Source of the DNA: Octopus sinensis
Lineage: Eukaryota
Length of the DNA: 64,000 nucleotides
Direction: 5' to 3'
Assembly (NCBI RefSeq): GCF_006345805.1
Contig: NC_043001.1
Coordinates: 35,154,001-35,218,000 of the forward strand
A program made the translations under genes and the position numbers. Positions 12,375-26,355 of this stretch are shown piece after piece. Positions within the stretch are counted from its first letter, which is position 1. Every line of letters begins with the position of its first letter. The notes below the pieces were generated by a model that was given only the letters and a program-made list of their open reading frames with translations, had not been told where the DNA came from and searched no databases.

Positions 12375-13400
12375 AATAAAAACTACTTTGCAGCACTTTT
12401 AACTCTACCTTTTGCAATCTTGTCACGGATAAGAAATGGCATGAACCGTTGGCGTTATATAAAAGTAAGAGTTTATAAATTGGAAGCCATAAAGTTTGAA
12501 GTTTTAAAACTTCGGTGACAAGACCAGCAGGCATGGCTTTGTGGTTACGAAACTTGCTTTGCAGCCGCAAGATTTCTGCTTCAGTCTCACTATGTGGCAA
12601 CCTGGGCAGGTGTTTTCTGCTGTAGTCCTTAGTCGATTAATGATTTGTGAGTGAATATGGTGGATGGAAAGCATGAAAGCGTGTTGTGTGGTGTGTGTGT
12701 GTATAACGCGCGTGGCTTAGTGGTTAGGGCAGCCGACTCACGATCGTAAGGTCGTAAGTTCGTGAGGTCAATTCCCGGCGATGCGTTTTGTACTTGAGCA
12801 ATGCACTTTATTTCACGTTGCTCCAGTCCACTCAGCTGGCAAAAATGAGTAGTACCTGTATTTTAAAGGGACAGCCTTGTCTTACTCTGTGTCACGCTGA
12901 ATCTCCCGGAGAACTACGTGAAAGGTACACGTGTCTGTGGAGTCCTCAGCCACTTGCACGTTAAAATCACGAGAACGCTGTTCCGATGGAGTGCTCCTGA
13001 ATATATAAGTGTCAAGGACTATAGCAAAAAACACCTTCCCACACACCCATATTCACATAAAAACAACTTCAACACTTGAAATTTCTTCCCCAGCAGATGA
13101 TGAGCATATGATTTCTTCACTTGTTTCCCCCAGCATTCTTGGTACAGTTATTCTTCCCAAATTGCCATGTAGTGAGACTACAGTAGAAATCATGCAGTTG
13201 CAAATGAAGTGGATGCAAAGCCATGCCTACGAAGATAGACATTTCTGCTTGTCGTGTCACCGAAGTTTTACCAACTCAAAAGTTATGTCTTCCAATTTAT
13301 AAACTCTTACTTTCATTTAACGTCAATGGTTCATGATATTTCTTATCCGTGACGAGACTGCAAAGGGTCGAGTTTAAAGTGTTGTAAAGTGGTTTTGTAG
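12375..13400. repeat. Diverged inverted duplication (arms about 12375-12632 and 13015-13400) enclosing a SINE C copy
   Basis: GTCACGGATAAGAAAT...AAGTAAGAGTTTATAAATTGGAAG...AAAACTTCGGTGACA...GGCATGGCTTTG occurs on + at 12.42-12.54 kb and on - at 13.22-13.36 kb. Confidence 0.8.
12707..12995 (+). mobile_element. SINE family C (tRNA-derived head, probably OR-type octopus SINE)
   Basis: A-box TGGCTTAGTGG, GTTCG/ATTCCC B-box remnant, body GCTCCAGTCCACTCAGCTGGCAAAAATGAGT. Confidence 0.8.
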
Positions 13401-13759
13401 ATGTTTTTTTTATTTAAGGACATTCAAATTCATGCATAGAAATTCCTACTTACAGCTGTTTCCATACACAATTCTTTAATTTCAGAAATGAAATCCTAAA
13501 TTCGAAACAAGTGAACTGGATATATCTTCAGGGAGAATATCAAAAGGAAGTTCTTTATCAACGTGTAGGCAAACGTACGGCAAACTCAGAAGTATTTATT
13601 ATTCCTTAACGCAAGCGGTCAATAGAAACCGTCATTGACACGTATATACTAAAATAAATACGTTCAATAACATTTACGGTATGCAAATTAGTAGCCCCAG
13701 TTTTCTGCAGATACTGTAATCGTTGAGTATATAAAACCCGATTGACTGCTTGTTTTCAT

Positions 13760-14007
13760 AATATTTACTCTTTTACTCTTTCACTCTTTTACTTGTTTCA
13801 GCAAATCGATCACAGAACTTATTCTTTGTAAGCCTAGTACTTATTCTATCGGTCTCTTTTGCCGAACCGCTAGGTTACAGGGAAGTAAACACACCAGCAT
13901 CAGTTGTCAAGTGATGTTGGAGGGGGGCAAACACAGACACACAAACTTATACGCACACACCACACCACACACACACCACACACACACACACACACACACG
14001 CACACAC

Positions 14008-14073
<66 letters not shown>

Positions 14074-14237
14074 CGACGGGTTTCTTTCATTTTCCGTCTC
14101 TCAAATCCACTCACAACGCTTTGTTCGACCCGAGGCTATACTAGAAGACACTTGGTCAAGGTGTCACGCAGTGGGAATGAACCCAGAACCATGTGGTTGG
14201 TAAGCGAGCTACTTACCACACAGCCGCTCCTACGCCT
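13760..14237 (-). mobile_element. SINE family B, full length
   Basis: Reverse complement of the 10911 copy, with internal (CA)n(TA)n. Confidence 0.88.
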
Positions 14238-14424
14238 AATTTGTCTAATCGATGTCGATGATCCTAGTGAGAAACCAATAAATTTTCGATTAAGGTTGTT
14301 CATCATGTTTTCACTCTTCTGAGATACAGCTAAATTAGCCCTATTTATGTATATGTTTTGCAAACAACTCGCACATGCTAGTGCTACCAGTCGAAAGCTT
14401 CGCATACCAGAAGGCAGCAAGTAT

Positions 14425-14615
14425 ATGGGGTCATCAAGAGAGAATGCGCACCGTTTCGGGGCCTACCTCTAGACGGCATCATTGCCTACCGGTCCCCTCA
14501 CTGATATGAGGCCCCGCTCAATATTCTTCTAGCCATCGCTCATAGTCTCATTTTAACCAAATCCAGTGGCTAGCCTCTTCCACTGTAGTTGGGATATCGG
14601 CCATAGTGGTATTTA
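14425..14615 (-). mobile_element. 3' end of an RLE-type non-LTR retrotransposon (HERO-like) with structured 3' UTR
   Basis: Minus frame TTVEEASHWIWLK*DYERWLEEY* (internal TGA probably from CGA) resembles the recalled HERO terminus AExASxWLWLKR. It is followed by GGGGCC...GGCCCCGAAAC. Confidence 0.5.
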
Positions 14616-15329
14616 CAATATAAGTCATATATGTATACATATATCATATTGTCGAAACATATTTAGTTCACAATATTAAATATGCTGGCCCGTTGAAAAT
14701 TTCCAGTATTTTTATTTTAAATTGCGGTATAAAAGAATACATTGCAAAGAATGCCTTTCAATGTCTTTCTGACTTCCGAAATTAAGCATTCCACTATTCT
14801 TTGCTGTCAGACTCAAAATCACATCCGGTGTAGTCATCGGGACTACAAAATATGAGATATCCGCTATTACCGGTTTCCTTTAATGTTGTTTAATTCATTT
14901 TTCCGAGCACTCCTCATTTGTCTTTTTTTTTAACGACATATGTTATCACTAATAATTTTCCCTTTCGTTACTGTTATAATTTTAGATGCTTAAATATTTA
15001 TTTTTTACACGAATCTTTTATTTAGCGGCATGTTCTTCTCTCAGAACAAATCAGGGGATTACGTGGTGATACATAAATTTTACCCAACACAAAACACACA
15101 CATGCACGCACACACATACTGCCCGGCAACTGAGTTGTCATCCATTAAAGCCCCGGGGCGACCGAGACATTGCGAGTGAATTTGGTAGAGAGAAACTGGA
15201 TGGCGCGTCGTCGTATTTGTATGTGCGTAACTTCGTTTTGGGATCACCACTACTTTCTTATCTCCCTTTCTTCCTAGTTCTCCTGTGTGACCCCTCTGTC
15301 TGGCATTCGCCCTGATAGATCGCTCGCAA

Positions 15330-15486
15330 CTACACATTGTTTATTTTCTCTCCTTGTTTCTTTCTGTGTTCCTTTCAGTGGAAGAGCGTAGGCTCGAAGC
15401 GTTAAAGACTTCACTTGCCGCGCGTTAAACTAATACATCTGTTTGTTTTCTACACTACCTGTCTTCGTCATTTTTTTGTGAACTCT

Positions 15487-15490
<4 letters not shown>
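15330..15490 (+). mobile_element. pLTR-like short element (family E) with degenerate hammerhead at 15372-15407
   Basis: CTTT-CAGTGGA-A-GAGC(GTAG)GCTC-GAA-GCGT-T-AAAG. The 3' end abuts (TA)n. Homologous to 19640-19815. Confidence 0.6.
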
Positions 15491-15539
<49 letters not shown>

Positions 15540-15796
15540 CATACATATATATATATGTATGTATGTATGTATGTAAATTATATAAATATATATGCGTGTT
15601 TCTGTTTGCCCTTCCATTGCTGAACACCCAGCAATTCTTTGTTTACGCCACATAATCTAGTGGTTCGGCTAATGACACCGATAGAATAAGTACTTGACTT
15701 AATACTATTGGGCTCGATCTTTTTCGTCTCAAGCCTTCAGGGCTGTACCAGAATACGGCCGCACTCCAATGACTGAAACAAGCAAAACATAGTGCT

Positions 15797-15828
<32 letters not shown>

Positions 15829-15858
15829 AACACACACACACAACAAACACACACACAC

Positions 15859-15921
<63 letters not shown>

Positions 15922-16885
15922 TACACACACTTGTATAATACATTAATATACGTGTGAAAACATTTCAGTCATTTTACACTTTATATAATTTATTTATTCG
16001 CTATTACATGTCTGATTTCTTTGTTATATTAAGTTTAGTTTCGATAGTATATACGTTGATAACAGATGGATTTGAATGCCACTGTTTTCATGTTATTTGC
16101 TGTTTTAATTGTCCTTTTGTTGTGTATTAGTTGCCTCAGTTTGTAGTGTTGTTGGCAGCGGTGTTAGTTGGTCGAGGTGTTAGTAGTAGCGTTGGTTGGT
16201 AATGATTTTCCACTGTCTGTGGTGTTGTTTGCGGTGATGTTGTTTCCGGAGCTGTAGTTTGGGTTGTAGCTTCGACCTATCGTTGTTATTGTTGTTCCTG
16301 TTGTTGTGTGGAGCTGGTGTGATACACTGATGACAGGAATCATTAGAAGTGCTTCCAAATTTAATCATTGATAACATTGTTTAATGCTTTGATGTTTTGG
16401 TTTGTTTTGTTTTGTTGTTCCTTCTGTTTATATCGACCTTGCTTCCTTATCGCCAACGTCTGCATCCTTTAAACATCCATCGCATTTCTTTTCCTTCCGT
16501 TTCTCTTTGTCGTCCCTTTTTACCTTAAAGCTCCGGGAAGGGGGTGGGGACAACGAAGTGAAGAAAAACTTCTCCTAACATACAGCAACAATGATTAAAA
16601 GTGTTATAGTGAGTGACATAGACATGACAGTGTAAACAAAAGGGGCGAACAAAGAAACAGTAGGGTGGATGTGGTGGGTCGAAGTTTGCGAGAGGAGTTG
16701 CTACATAAAAGAATTGTTTTGTAGATGAAACCGAAACAAACAGCAGTGGGGAGTAAAGAATAAATGAATGAAATAAAAAGAGGTAGAGAGATAGACTGAG
16801 ATGCGAAAAATGAGAAACAGAAGACTGTAAGGATATGAAAAATAAATAAATAAATATACATAAATACACAACCTACATACACACA

Positions 16886-16936
<51 letters not shown>

Positions 16937-16943
16937 TATTATA

Positions 16944-16984
<41 letters not shown>

Positions 16985-18592
16985 TGTACGCACATACACA
17001 CAGCTATACATACATGCATATATATAATATATATATATTTATATGTATGTATGTATGTATGTATGTATCTATCTATCTATCTATCTATATATCTATATAT
17101 ATATATATATATATATATTATTTCATCTAGTTTCAGCTCACGAGCTGTGGCCATGCTGGGGCACCGCCGAAAAAATAGTTATTATTTAAGAAGTGGAATG
17201 AATATGGGCAGGAAAATTCATCGGTAAAATTTAAATGAACGTGTGGCATAAAGAAAAGAGGGAACGAGAGAGGAGCAGAGAATGTGACGGACAGACAGAG
17301 AAATAGATAGATAGAAGGGGAGAGAGGGAGAGAGAAATAGAGAGCGAAGCTGCGAGAAAAAGGACAGAAAGGAAGACAGAAAAGAGGTAACAGAAATAGA
17401 GAGTAAAGGGGGTAGGGCATGAAGAAAGCAGAATCAGACGAAGAGAAAGAAGAATATGTAAGGATTTATGGTGCAATAATGATTTTCAAGAATGGCATTG
17501 TCGTAAGGAGTGCGGGGGGTGGGGGTGGGGCTGAGGGAAGAATCGTTGTGGATGAGAGAAAGGAAGGGATAGAGACAGTGAGAGATAGAGAAAGGGAAAA
17601 CTTGATGGAAAAATCAGAGAAAATTACAAAGTTAAGTTTTATGACGAGCAATAAATAAATAAGGGAGTGAAAGAGATAAGGAGGATGTTACAGCATAAAA
17701 ATATTTGATGTAGGAGAAAGAGAGAGAAAGGGAGGGAAAGAGAGAGAAAAGGGGTCAGAAAGAAAAAGGAAGAGAAGGATAAAGATATGAATGATTGACT
17801 GATAGAAAGGTAAAGGTTGTGTGTGGTGAGAGGCTAAATGCGAAGAAGAATTGAAAAGATAATAGAGATAGATTGCATTGCAAGGAACCCGATAATTTAG
17901 TATAACTCACCATATTATTGGCATATATATTTTCTTTCAAAATGATGAGGAATTTACCACTGCATTTATTGCTAATTTTATTATTCTTATTTATACTTAT
18001 TTTTCCCCACCCCAGTTTAAAAACAAAATTTAAATACTGTCTTCCATTATTTAATCTTCGTTTTTCCTTATTTTCTTCGTGGGTCCTTTCCTTTGTTATT
18101 CCATTCTACTTCTAACTTTATTTTATTCTACTCTTCATATATTTATTCTTTGTTTTTACGCATTCCCTCCAATTCAGATTCATTCCCTTCAAACCTCTGA
18201 CTTTCTTATAAATATATTCTCGTTGTTTTTTTCCGTTTTTGTTTTCGCGTTTCTTTTCTTTTTTTTTTGTTAGTTTATAAACACGACTTCTTTTTCTTCT
18301 CCTTTCATTAAATTCCTATGTTCTTAATTGCCACTCCTTCTTATATAACTAATATTTAAAAAAACACAAATTAACATTTATGGTTTTTTTGTATTCGTTT
18401 CCCGTATAAGTATTTTTTTCGTTCTTTCAACCTCGTTTCCCAGTTCTGTTTATCACGTTTTAAACATTTTATTATCATTCTATATATATTTACATACAAA
18501 CATACATACATACACACATACACATAAACACATATATTTATACACACTTATACATACACATACACACGCAGACAAACACATACACATACACA

Positions 18593-18640
<48 letters not shown>

Positions 18641-18667
18641 AACATACACACACACATACACACACGG

Positions 18668-18720
<53 letters not shown>

Positions 18721-19438
18721 CATACAGAGTATGTGCATATGTGTCTTTGTGTACATTTTCTTTATTTTTTCCCCCTATCTACCTTAAATTCCGTTGTCTG
18801 CCTTCCGAAGCTGTACTTGCATTGCCTCCTTTCCTAGGAAAAGATAAACTGTAATAGGTTGTGACATTTCAAGCTAACTTTACAAATTATAAGTGTCATT
18901 TCTTTTGTTTGAAACATCAGGTAAAGTCAATCCTCACAATCTGAACTCTTTACGATAACATTAAAACAAAAACCGGGAGATAAAAAGGAAAATTCAAAAA
19001 AATAATAGTAATAATAATAAAACAAAATAACGTGAAGTAAATATAGGAATTAAATGTTGCTTATTCTAAAATTCTAAACATTATCAGTATACTATTATCA
19101 TTGTTTATTATTGTTATTGTTATATATTATCATTAGTGGTTTTTATCACTATTATTTGTTGTTATTGGGGATAGTTTTGTTTTATAATTTCCTTTTCCAA
19201 ATTCCTTATGTCAATTTGAATCGACAAATCACTAATTAGATTCATAAAAAAAAGTTGAAACAACCGTAGATTATAAACTTATTGCTTTAGATTGAAAGTG
19301 ACTTGAATACTTCTGCTGTATCACGCCAGACACTCACGCATACATCTCACACATACGCACATAAATATTTATACGAATATGCGTCGACAAACACTCATGT
19401 ATATACTCATATACATATATGTATACACACACACACTC

Positions 19439-19469
<31 letters not shown>

Positions 19470-19639
19470 AACACACACACACACACGCATATATATATAT
19501 ACATGCATGCGCACGCACAAGTACACACATATATTTCTTTATACGTATATTATTGAGTATATATACATATACATAAATATATATACACATATATATATAT
19601 GTACCTATAGATTCATACATACACACATACACACATATA

Positions 19640-19815
19640 GAGAGTTGAAATTTACAGAAAAACAAAAGACGAAGGCAGGTGTATAAACAACAAGCAGGTG
19701 TATCAGTTTGACCACAGGGAAAGTGAGAGTCTCTTACGTTTCGAGCCTACGCTCTTCATTAGAAACCAACACGAGGAAATAAACAGAGAGGGAATAAAGA
19801 AAACTTGTGGATTTA
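19640..19815 (-). mobile_element. pLTR-like short element (family E) with hammerhead motif at 19732-19765
   Basis: Minus: ttt-CTAATGA-A-GAGC(GTAG)GCTC-GAA-ACGT-A. One core change (G5A). Confidence 0.65.
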
Positions 19816-20826
19816 GTAGACAATCTTATATATATATATATATATATTGAAGCAGATTTAGCGGTTATAATGACCGACTAAGGGATAAAATACCCGTACT
19901 ATCGGTATCCGTTACCCATGTTATCTCAGGGCATGGGTATGCTGGCACACTATGCTCGTAGAGTACAAGTAACAACAGAATAAACAACAGCTTATCAGGA
20001 AACATATAAGTAATCAGAAAATTGAGAAAACCTCAGATCAACAAGCACCTCAAGTGGACCATTTTTATAGCTTATTATTTAATGCAAAACATGGCATAAC
20101 ATTTATGTGACATAACAACTCTCACGGCCGTTTCCGCATCCAGTTCCGATCAATGTTTACAAATAATTGCGAAAATAAATTCCTCATCTTCATGGGACAT
20201 TTGAGTCAGGGCACGATGCTTCATCGGAGTAAAACAAAAGCATCCAAAATAAACAAAAGGAAGGGGGAATAGGGAAGAAAACATGGCCAAGAAAAGAAGT
20301 CTGGAAGCCCGAAATATTAAAAGCATATAATCTACCATCATAGAGCTACGAAAGTCTTACCTACGGACTTTCGTGAGAGGGTAATGTTATAAGCAATGAA
20401 TCTCGCAGCGCAATAACTCATATGTTGGACAGCGTCATGCTTTCTTAACACTCGAGTCTTTCTCTAAGGCTTTGGCATTAGTCTCCAAAAGCATGTAAGG
20501 ATACATAAGTTTTACTTCGTTTAATAGTCAAAATATTGCGCCATATCGGAAAGTTTTTTTAATTCGTTTTAAATACCTTCTGTTTACGTAAAATATCAAT
20601 ACATCAACTTTCTCATTATTTGTACTTGGATAAACTCAAGGCCCAAGGCGTATTTTTATTAGTACTGATGCTCAGAACTTTAATTCTGTTTAAATTCTGG
20701 AAATAATATTTATTCTTTTTACATCTTAATTGTAGTTTTGCGATAAAGGTAGTAATTAAATAAACTTTGTCGTACGCAACAGCATCGCAGGTGGCAGAGA
20801 TCTAAAAGTTATATATAAACATTATA

Positions 20827-20882
<56 letters not shown>

Positions 20883-20939
20883 ATCTTTTTCTTGAAGAAG
20901 CTTTAGCGAAATTTATCAATGCAATACTTATTCATTCAG

Positions 20940-21188
20940 ATCCTTCTGTCGAATGGTAAGTTACGGGGTCGTAAACACGCCAGCTCCGGTTGACTGTTTG
21001 TCAAGCTGTGTGGACACGCGCGCACGCGCACACACACATATATTCACACATAGGACGGGCCTCTTTCAGTTTTTGTCTTCCACTCAGAAGCTTTAGCAGA
21101 ACACACCTGCCGAGGGTACCACGCAGTGTGTCTGAACCCTGAACCATGTTGGGAAGCAAGCTTCTTAGCTCACTGCCACGCCTGCACC
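20940..21188 (-). mobile_element. SINE family B, 5' half
   Basis: Reverse complement of the family B head and body. Confidence 0.75.
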
Positions 21189-21214
21189 TGCATACAGACA
21201 TAATACATACGTAC

Positions 21215-21255
<41 letters not shown>

Positions 21256-22930
21256 GTGTGTGTGTGTGTGTGCTTATGTATGCATGCATGTATGTATATA
21301 TTTTCAATGTGAAAAGAATAATCTAATTCTATAACTATTAATTTTGAATTTAGCGCTTGAGAATGAGGTAGGTGTTGAAAGTCACTTGAAGTCATAAACT
21401 TTACATAGAAATGAAATGTTATTAAGAATACAACTGCTACAGCTATTCAAGAAAATCTGAAATTGTATTCACGGTCTAAACTGTATAAATAATTCCGATA
21501 TTTACCCCTGAAACTGAAAATTAACTGAAAATCTGGGAGGGAATTAATATATGGGATTACATAAAATGTGGCACATGCAAAAGTCTGGTCTCAGAATTCA
21601 GAAATCATTCATATATGTATATATATATATATATATATATTACTACCAGTACTTATTGAGGTTATGCAGTTTAATACTTTAGGTTAAACCCTCAGAGCTT
21701 TTCAATTAGTTCGGTGTTTGAAATAGGGTTTTATTTTCTATATTGATTAATTAGAAGAGTTAAAATGAAGCTTTCATGGTTTAATTTGCTTCATTAATTA
21801 ATACATGACATTGACATGGTATTTGGGTCGTTGAAAATATTCGGTGGTTGCTGGTCTAACATGAAGGCGGGAAATTTTTATAATTGAAACCGCATAGAAT
21901 TAAATGTAATCTAATAACACTGTATTTAAAAAATAGCATTAAGTGAAACGTGTTATATATTTTTTTTCTAAAAATGTAATTATATAGTTCTAATAATGTA
22001 ATTATAATTAAGGAATAAATAAAAATGTCATCTAGGATTTTAATGATTTATAATTAATGCATAATATAGTACTGCACATCGAATACAAATATTTCTCTCA
22101 ACTGAAAATCCTTAGTTATTTTAAGGGAGGGAAAAAAGGCCCGTAAAACTGCATAAGGTTTTGCAGTTTTATTGTTATAATTAATACCGCTAGTGAGATT
22201 GAAAGAATGTTCTATGTGATTGCTGAAGTTGCTAGGGATATATTCGCAGTTTCGTTCAATTATCGCCTAAGTCTTAAAATGGATGGTCACATTGGGTGAT
22301 AGATTCTTAGATAGCATTGTGTTTTGAAACGACAACTCTGAGTCGGTTGGTAAACGATAACAAGCATAAGTATTGAGTGATTAAGAAGATATTTCTGTGG
22401 CTGCAAATTTTTGTGTAGTATCATTAGTGAGTGTCTTCCACCATTGCACCGAACCAACTAATTTATTGTTAATTTTGTATAGAGGAACTGTGTTGAAGCT
22501 CTTCGTGTATCTGTCTCGATTTATATAAATCAGAAACAGTTTTCTGATTCGTATAACGTAACATTTCTGATGATTTGTGCGAGCATTTAAAAAAAAATGT
22601 TTACAGAAATAAATTGATCTTGCATTATGTATTACAGTCATATAAATTTATATTTTTGCGGTGCTTATCTTAATGAAACAGCTGTTGAATATGATTGTTG
22701 TCTGAAGTACATCAGAAATTTTATCCTTTTCGGCTTTTATGCTAAACATGCTGCTCTCAAAGATCGTTTCAATCGATTGTGTATATACATGCAAGATGGT
22801 CCCACTTGGATTCATTGCAAAGTAATATTAGATCGGTGTTTAACGACATGCTATTTATTGTGCTCTTATTTATCGTGGGTTTATTCTTTGATGCTTCTAC
22901 GTCAAATTTCAACACCAGTATCGATTACAC

Positions 22931-22977
<47 letters not shown>

Positions 22978-25593
22978 CGCGCGCGGGTGTATTTGCCTTT
23001 TTGTCTTTCACCGCTTTACGATCAGTATTGGTTAGTTTATGTCCCTGTAAAATAGTGGTTCGATAAAGAGACACAATAGACTAAGTACAAGATGTTAAAA
23101 GGTAAAGGCTTTGGGTGGATCTCAACTACCAAACCCATCAAGGCAGCCATTCAGTGGCTTATAACACTGTAATCTTATGATACTGTATTTAAAAAAAATA
23201 TTATTAAGTAGAAAGTGTTTTTTTTTTCAATAAAAAGAAAATGGATATATCATAATGCTAGGGAAGATTGTTGCTTTTCATTTCGTGTTGTAAGTTTACA
23301 GCTAGTTTTCAAAAACATCTCAAATGCCAACGTTGTTTGTCATGATATTTTTCTGGTTGTCTTGTACTGAGTAGATAGACTACTTCACTGGTATTAAATA
23401 TTGTACTCAGGTGCTGATCGTTTATTTATGGAAATTTCTAGAGGTATTAACTAGTAACGAGATTACACGGGGATGAAATTTAATACTATAATGCGCCAAG
23501 ATTACTCATAGGTAAATATCCCGCAGAAGGAAACTAGACATTAGAAAGTTATGTATGAGGGAAGGTAAAATTCTGTCTCGAATATTTTGTAATGAATTAA
23601 GTATTATTAATTTAGAAACGAAAAAGAAAACAGCAACATGTATTAGCATTCCATTTTGATGGAACGAAAGCAAATATTAAATAATCGAAATGAGAACGAA
23701 AAGCAGTAAAGGCTCATCATTTACATCTCTAATGAAATGCATCCAAAGAAGCTGTAATTGAAACCAACTATAGGGATTCGAAGTTGAAATAACTGTCAGA
23801 TTTTTACAGCATGGGTAGAATATTATTAGTTATAATCCTAGATATAACAGTATCAAGTTGACAAGCGTGCATTAAGTTCTCAGTTTCATTTTATTTCCCT
23901 GATAATATCTACTTCGAACTCAATTTGACCTATAGATATTAAATGTAGCTCCGAAGAAGAGAACTTGCAATAAATACAGACAGTACTTTAATACGCACAC
24001 ACAAAAGTATATGAATACGTAGAAACACATACACGCACAACCACAGCTATTTACTCGCTTAAATGCTGACATTTACATATTCATATTTATGTACCATCTC
24101 ACTAATTATTCTTCGGATGAACACAAATCCACTTACAGGGATATATGCAATGGACTAAAGTGAAATTATAGACACATCCTTGATTAACTTTTAGACACAA
24201 AGTAATTTACGTCCCTATATCTGTAAAGCACTACATTTTCACGCATACACTATCAAACATATTAGCAGTCATACGAACCTCACCCCAAATCCTACACACG
24301 CTAATCCGTTTCTATATACACATTCAGATGCATGTGTTATATGTCTCTGTAGGTTGGTATTTTGGTAGGTTGGTAGGTATATAGGTATGTATGCGTGCAC
24401 GTTTGCGTATGTCTGTTCGTGTGGGAACACGAATCTTAAGAGTTCTTTATGTATTTATCAATATAACTAAATATAAAAGGTGCAGTAACGTGATGATTAC
24501 TTTGTAGAAACTAGGAGATTTCGGGAAAGTCAACAGTTTTAAGCAATTTGGTCTCGTTAGCCGACTGCATCGTAGCACATCACACAGAATGAGTAACTTC
24601 ACACTGAAGAATGAGGATATAGTTATAACTTATAATAAATACCGTGGACTTCGATTACGGATTTGGAATCAAAGCCATGGCTTCATGATTATACAAATTA
24701 CACTCTTTAAGCTGTTTCCAGCGCCAGCCTAGTGCAAAGCCATATCTTAACCCGCAGTATTGTTTTCGATATAATTTCGGATCAGACTTCATTTACTGGC
24801 TTATGCAAAACTAGAGTAAATCATGGGCACAATGGTTATTTGAAAGCGAACGCATTGCTAATTAGATATGCTGGGGTGGGTTTGTAGTGACTCCTTTTCC
24901 TGAAGATCTGTACTATTGTAAATACAGCCCTTGGTTTTAACCGACAGGGGTGTAGCCTTTTGTTTTATTCACAATATATCTAAAACTACATTGTATAATG
25001 TATAGTTACCTTTATTTAAGCTTGTATAGTGTGAATTGATGGAGATTTCGCAGTTATAAGTATTCATATTCAATTTCTAAAGGTGGAACCTACAACTTTA
25101 CGTTTGATAGATTCACTATATCTTTATGTAATCTATATAGTAAACTCAATAGCGTAATGTAATGATAAAATAATGAGTGTAATCACACATACAACTTTAC
25201 ATACGTAAAATACAATGAGAATTGCGAGTCTAATAATTTATTTGGATTTAATTCTCCCACACAGCACAATGCTCGTGTTGCAAGTTCAGACTTTTCAACG
25301 GAAGAAAGTGTTGTGAAGATAGTAGGTTTAAAAACAGATTCTAGCTAAGACACGTTATTGCTTACGAAGTAGTAAAATTTTCTATTGCTTAGCAATAGAA
25401 TCTCATGACAGCACGTATAGAATCCACTATAAACGCATAATCTTTTTAATATATTCTATGCATTGAGATCTTCTATCATTTTAAACGCTATGAACTTCAT
25501 ACTTACGTTTCTGAATACATCTTTAAATTTATATAAATACAAAAAAGAAAAAATCAGCGTGAGTTCCATATACTAAAGTCGTGCTAAAATAAT

Positions 25594-25808
25594 CTGTTCT
25601 ACTTTAGGCACAAGGTCCAAAATTTTTGGGGAGGGAGCCAGTCGATTAGATCGACCCCAGTACGCAACTGGTACTTAATTTATCAACCTCGAAAGGATGA
25701 AAGGCAGAATTCGACCTCGGCGGAATTTGAACTCAGAACGTAAAGACAGATGAAATGCCGCTAAGCATTCCGCTCGGCGTACTAACGTTTCTACCAGCTC
25801 GCCGTTTT
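25594..25808 (-). mobile_element. SINE family A with 17-bp target-site duplication
   Basis: AGTCGTGCTAAAATAAT at 25577-25593 and 25809-25825. Confidence 0.9.
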
Positions 25809-25925
25809 AGTCGTGCTAAAATAATAAATAATAAATATTTCTTTCATTTCCATACTTTTTGGTAAATTTTTGTGCTGTGCATATATACTTAATATGTATT
25901 AAATTACATTATTTCGAGATTTATA

Positions 25926-26118
25926 AAGGTAGCGCGCTGGTAGAATCATTAGTGTGTCGGAGAAAATGCTTAGCAGCATTTCGTCCGTCTTTACGTTCTG
26001 AGTTCAAATTCCGCCGAGGTCGACTTTGTCTTTTATCCTTCGAGGTCAATGAAAAAAGTACCAGATGAGGACCGACTAGCTCCTTCCCCCAAATTGTCAG
26101 GCCTTGTGCCTTTAAAAG
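25926..26118 (+). mobile_element. SINE family A
   Basis: Head and core motif. Confidence 0.8.
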
Positions 26119-26133
26119 AGCACTTTTGGACAT

Positions 26134-26299
26134 AGGCGTAGGAGTGGCTGTGTGGTCAGTAGCTTGCTTACGAACCGCATGGTTCCGGGTTCAGCCCTAC
26201 TGCGTGGCACCTTGGGTAAGTGTTTTCTGCTATAGCCTCGGGCCGACCAAAGCCTTGTGAGTGGATTTGGCAGACAGAAACTGAAAGAATCCCGTCGTA

Positions 26300-26355
<56 letters not shown>

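Noticed and set aside
16100-16380. Thr/Asn-rich mucin-like ORF on the minus strand
   Set aside because: Decayed (GTT/GTA)n low-complexity sequence with no splice support.
20347-20375. Perfect hairpin CGAAAGTC/GACTTTCG (and TACCCATG/CATGGGTA near 19915-19941)
   Set aside because: Isolated 8-10 bp stems, too short for a pre-miRNA and expected occasionally by chance.
23411-23443. 33-nt AG/GT-bounded open segment (GADRLFMEISR)
   Set aside because: Weak polypyrimidine tract and donor, and an unrecognised peptide.
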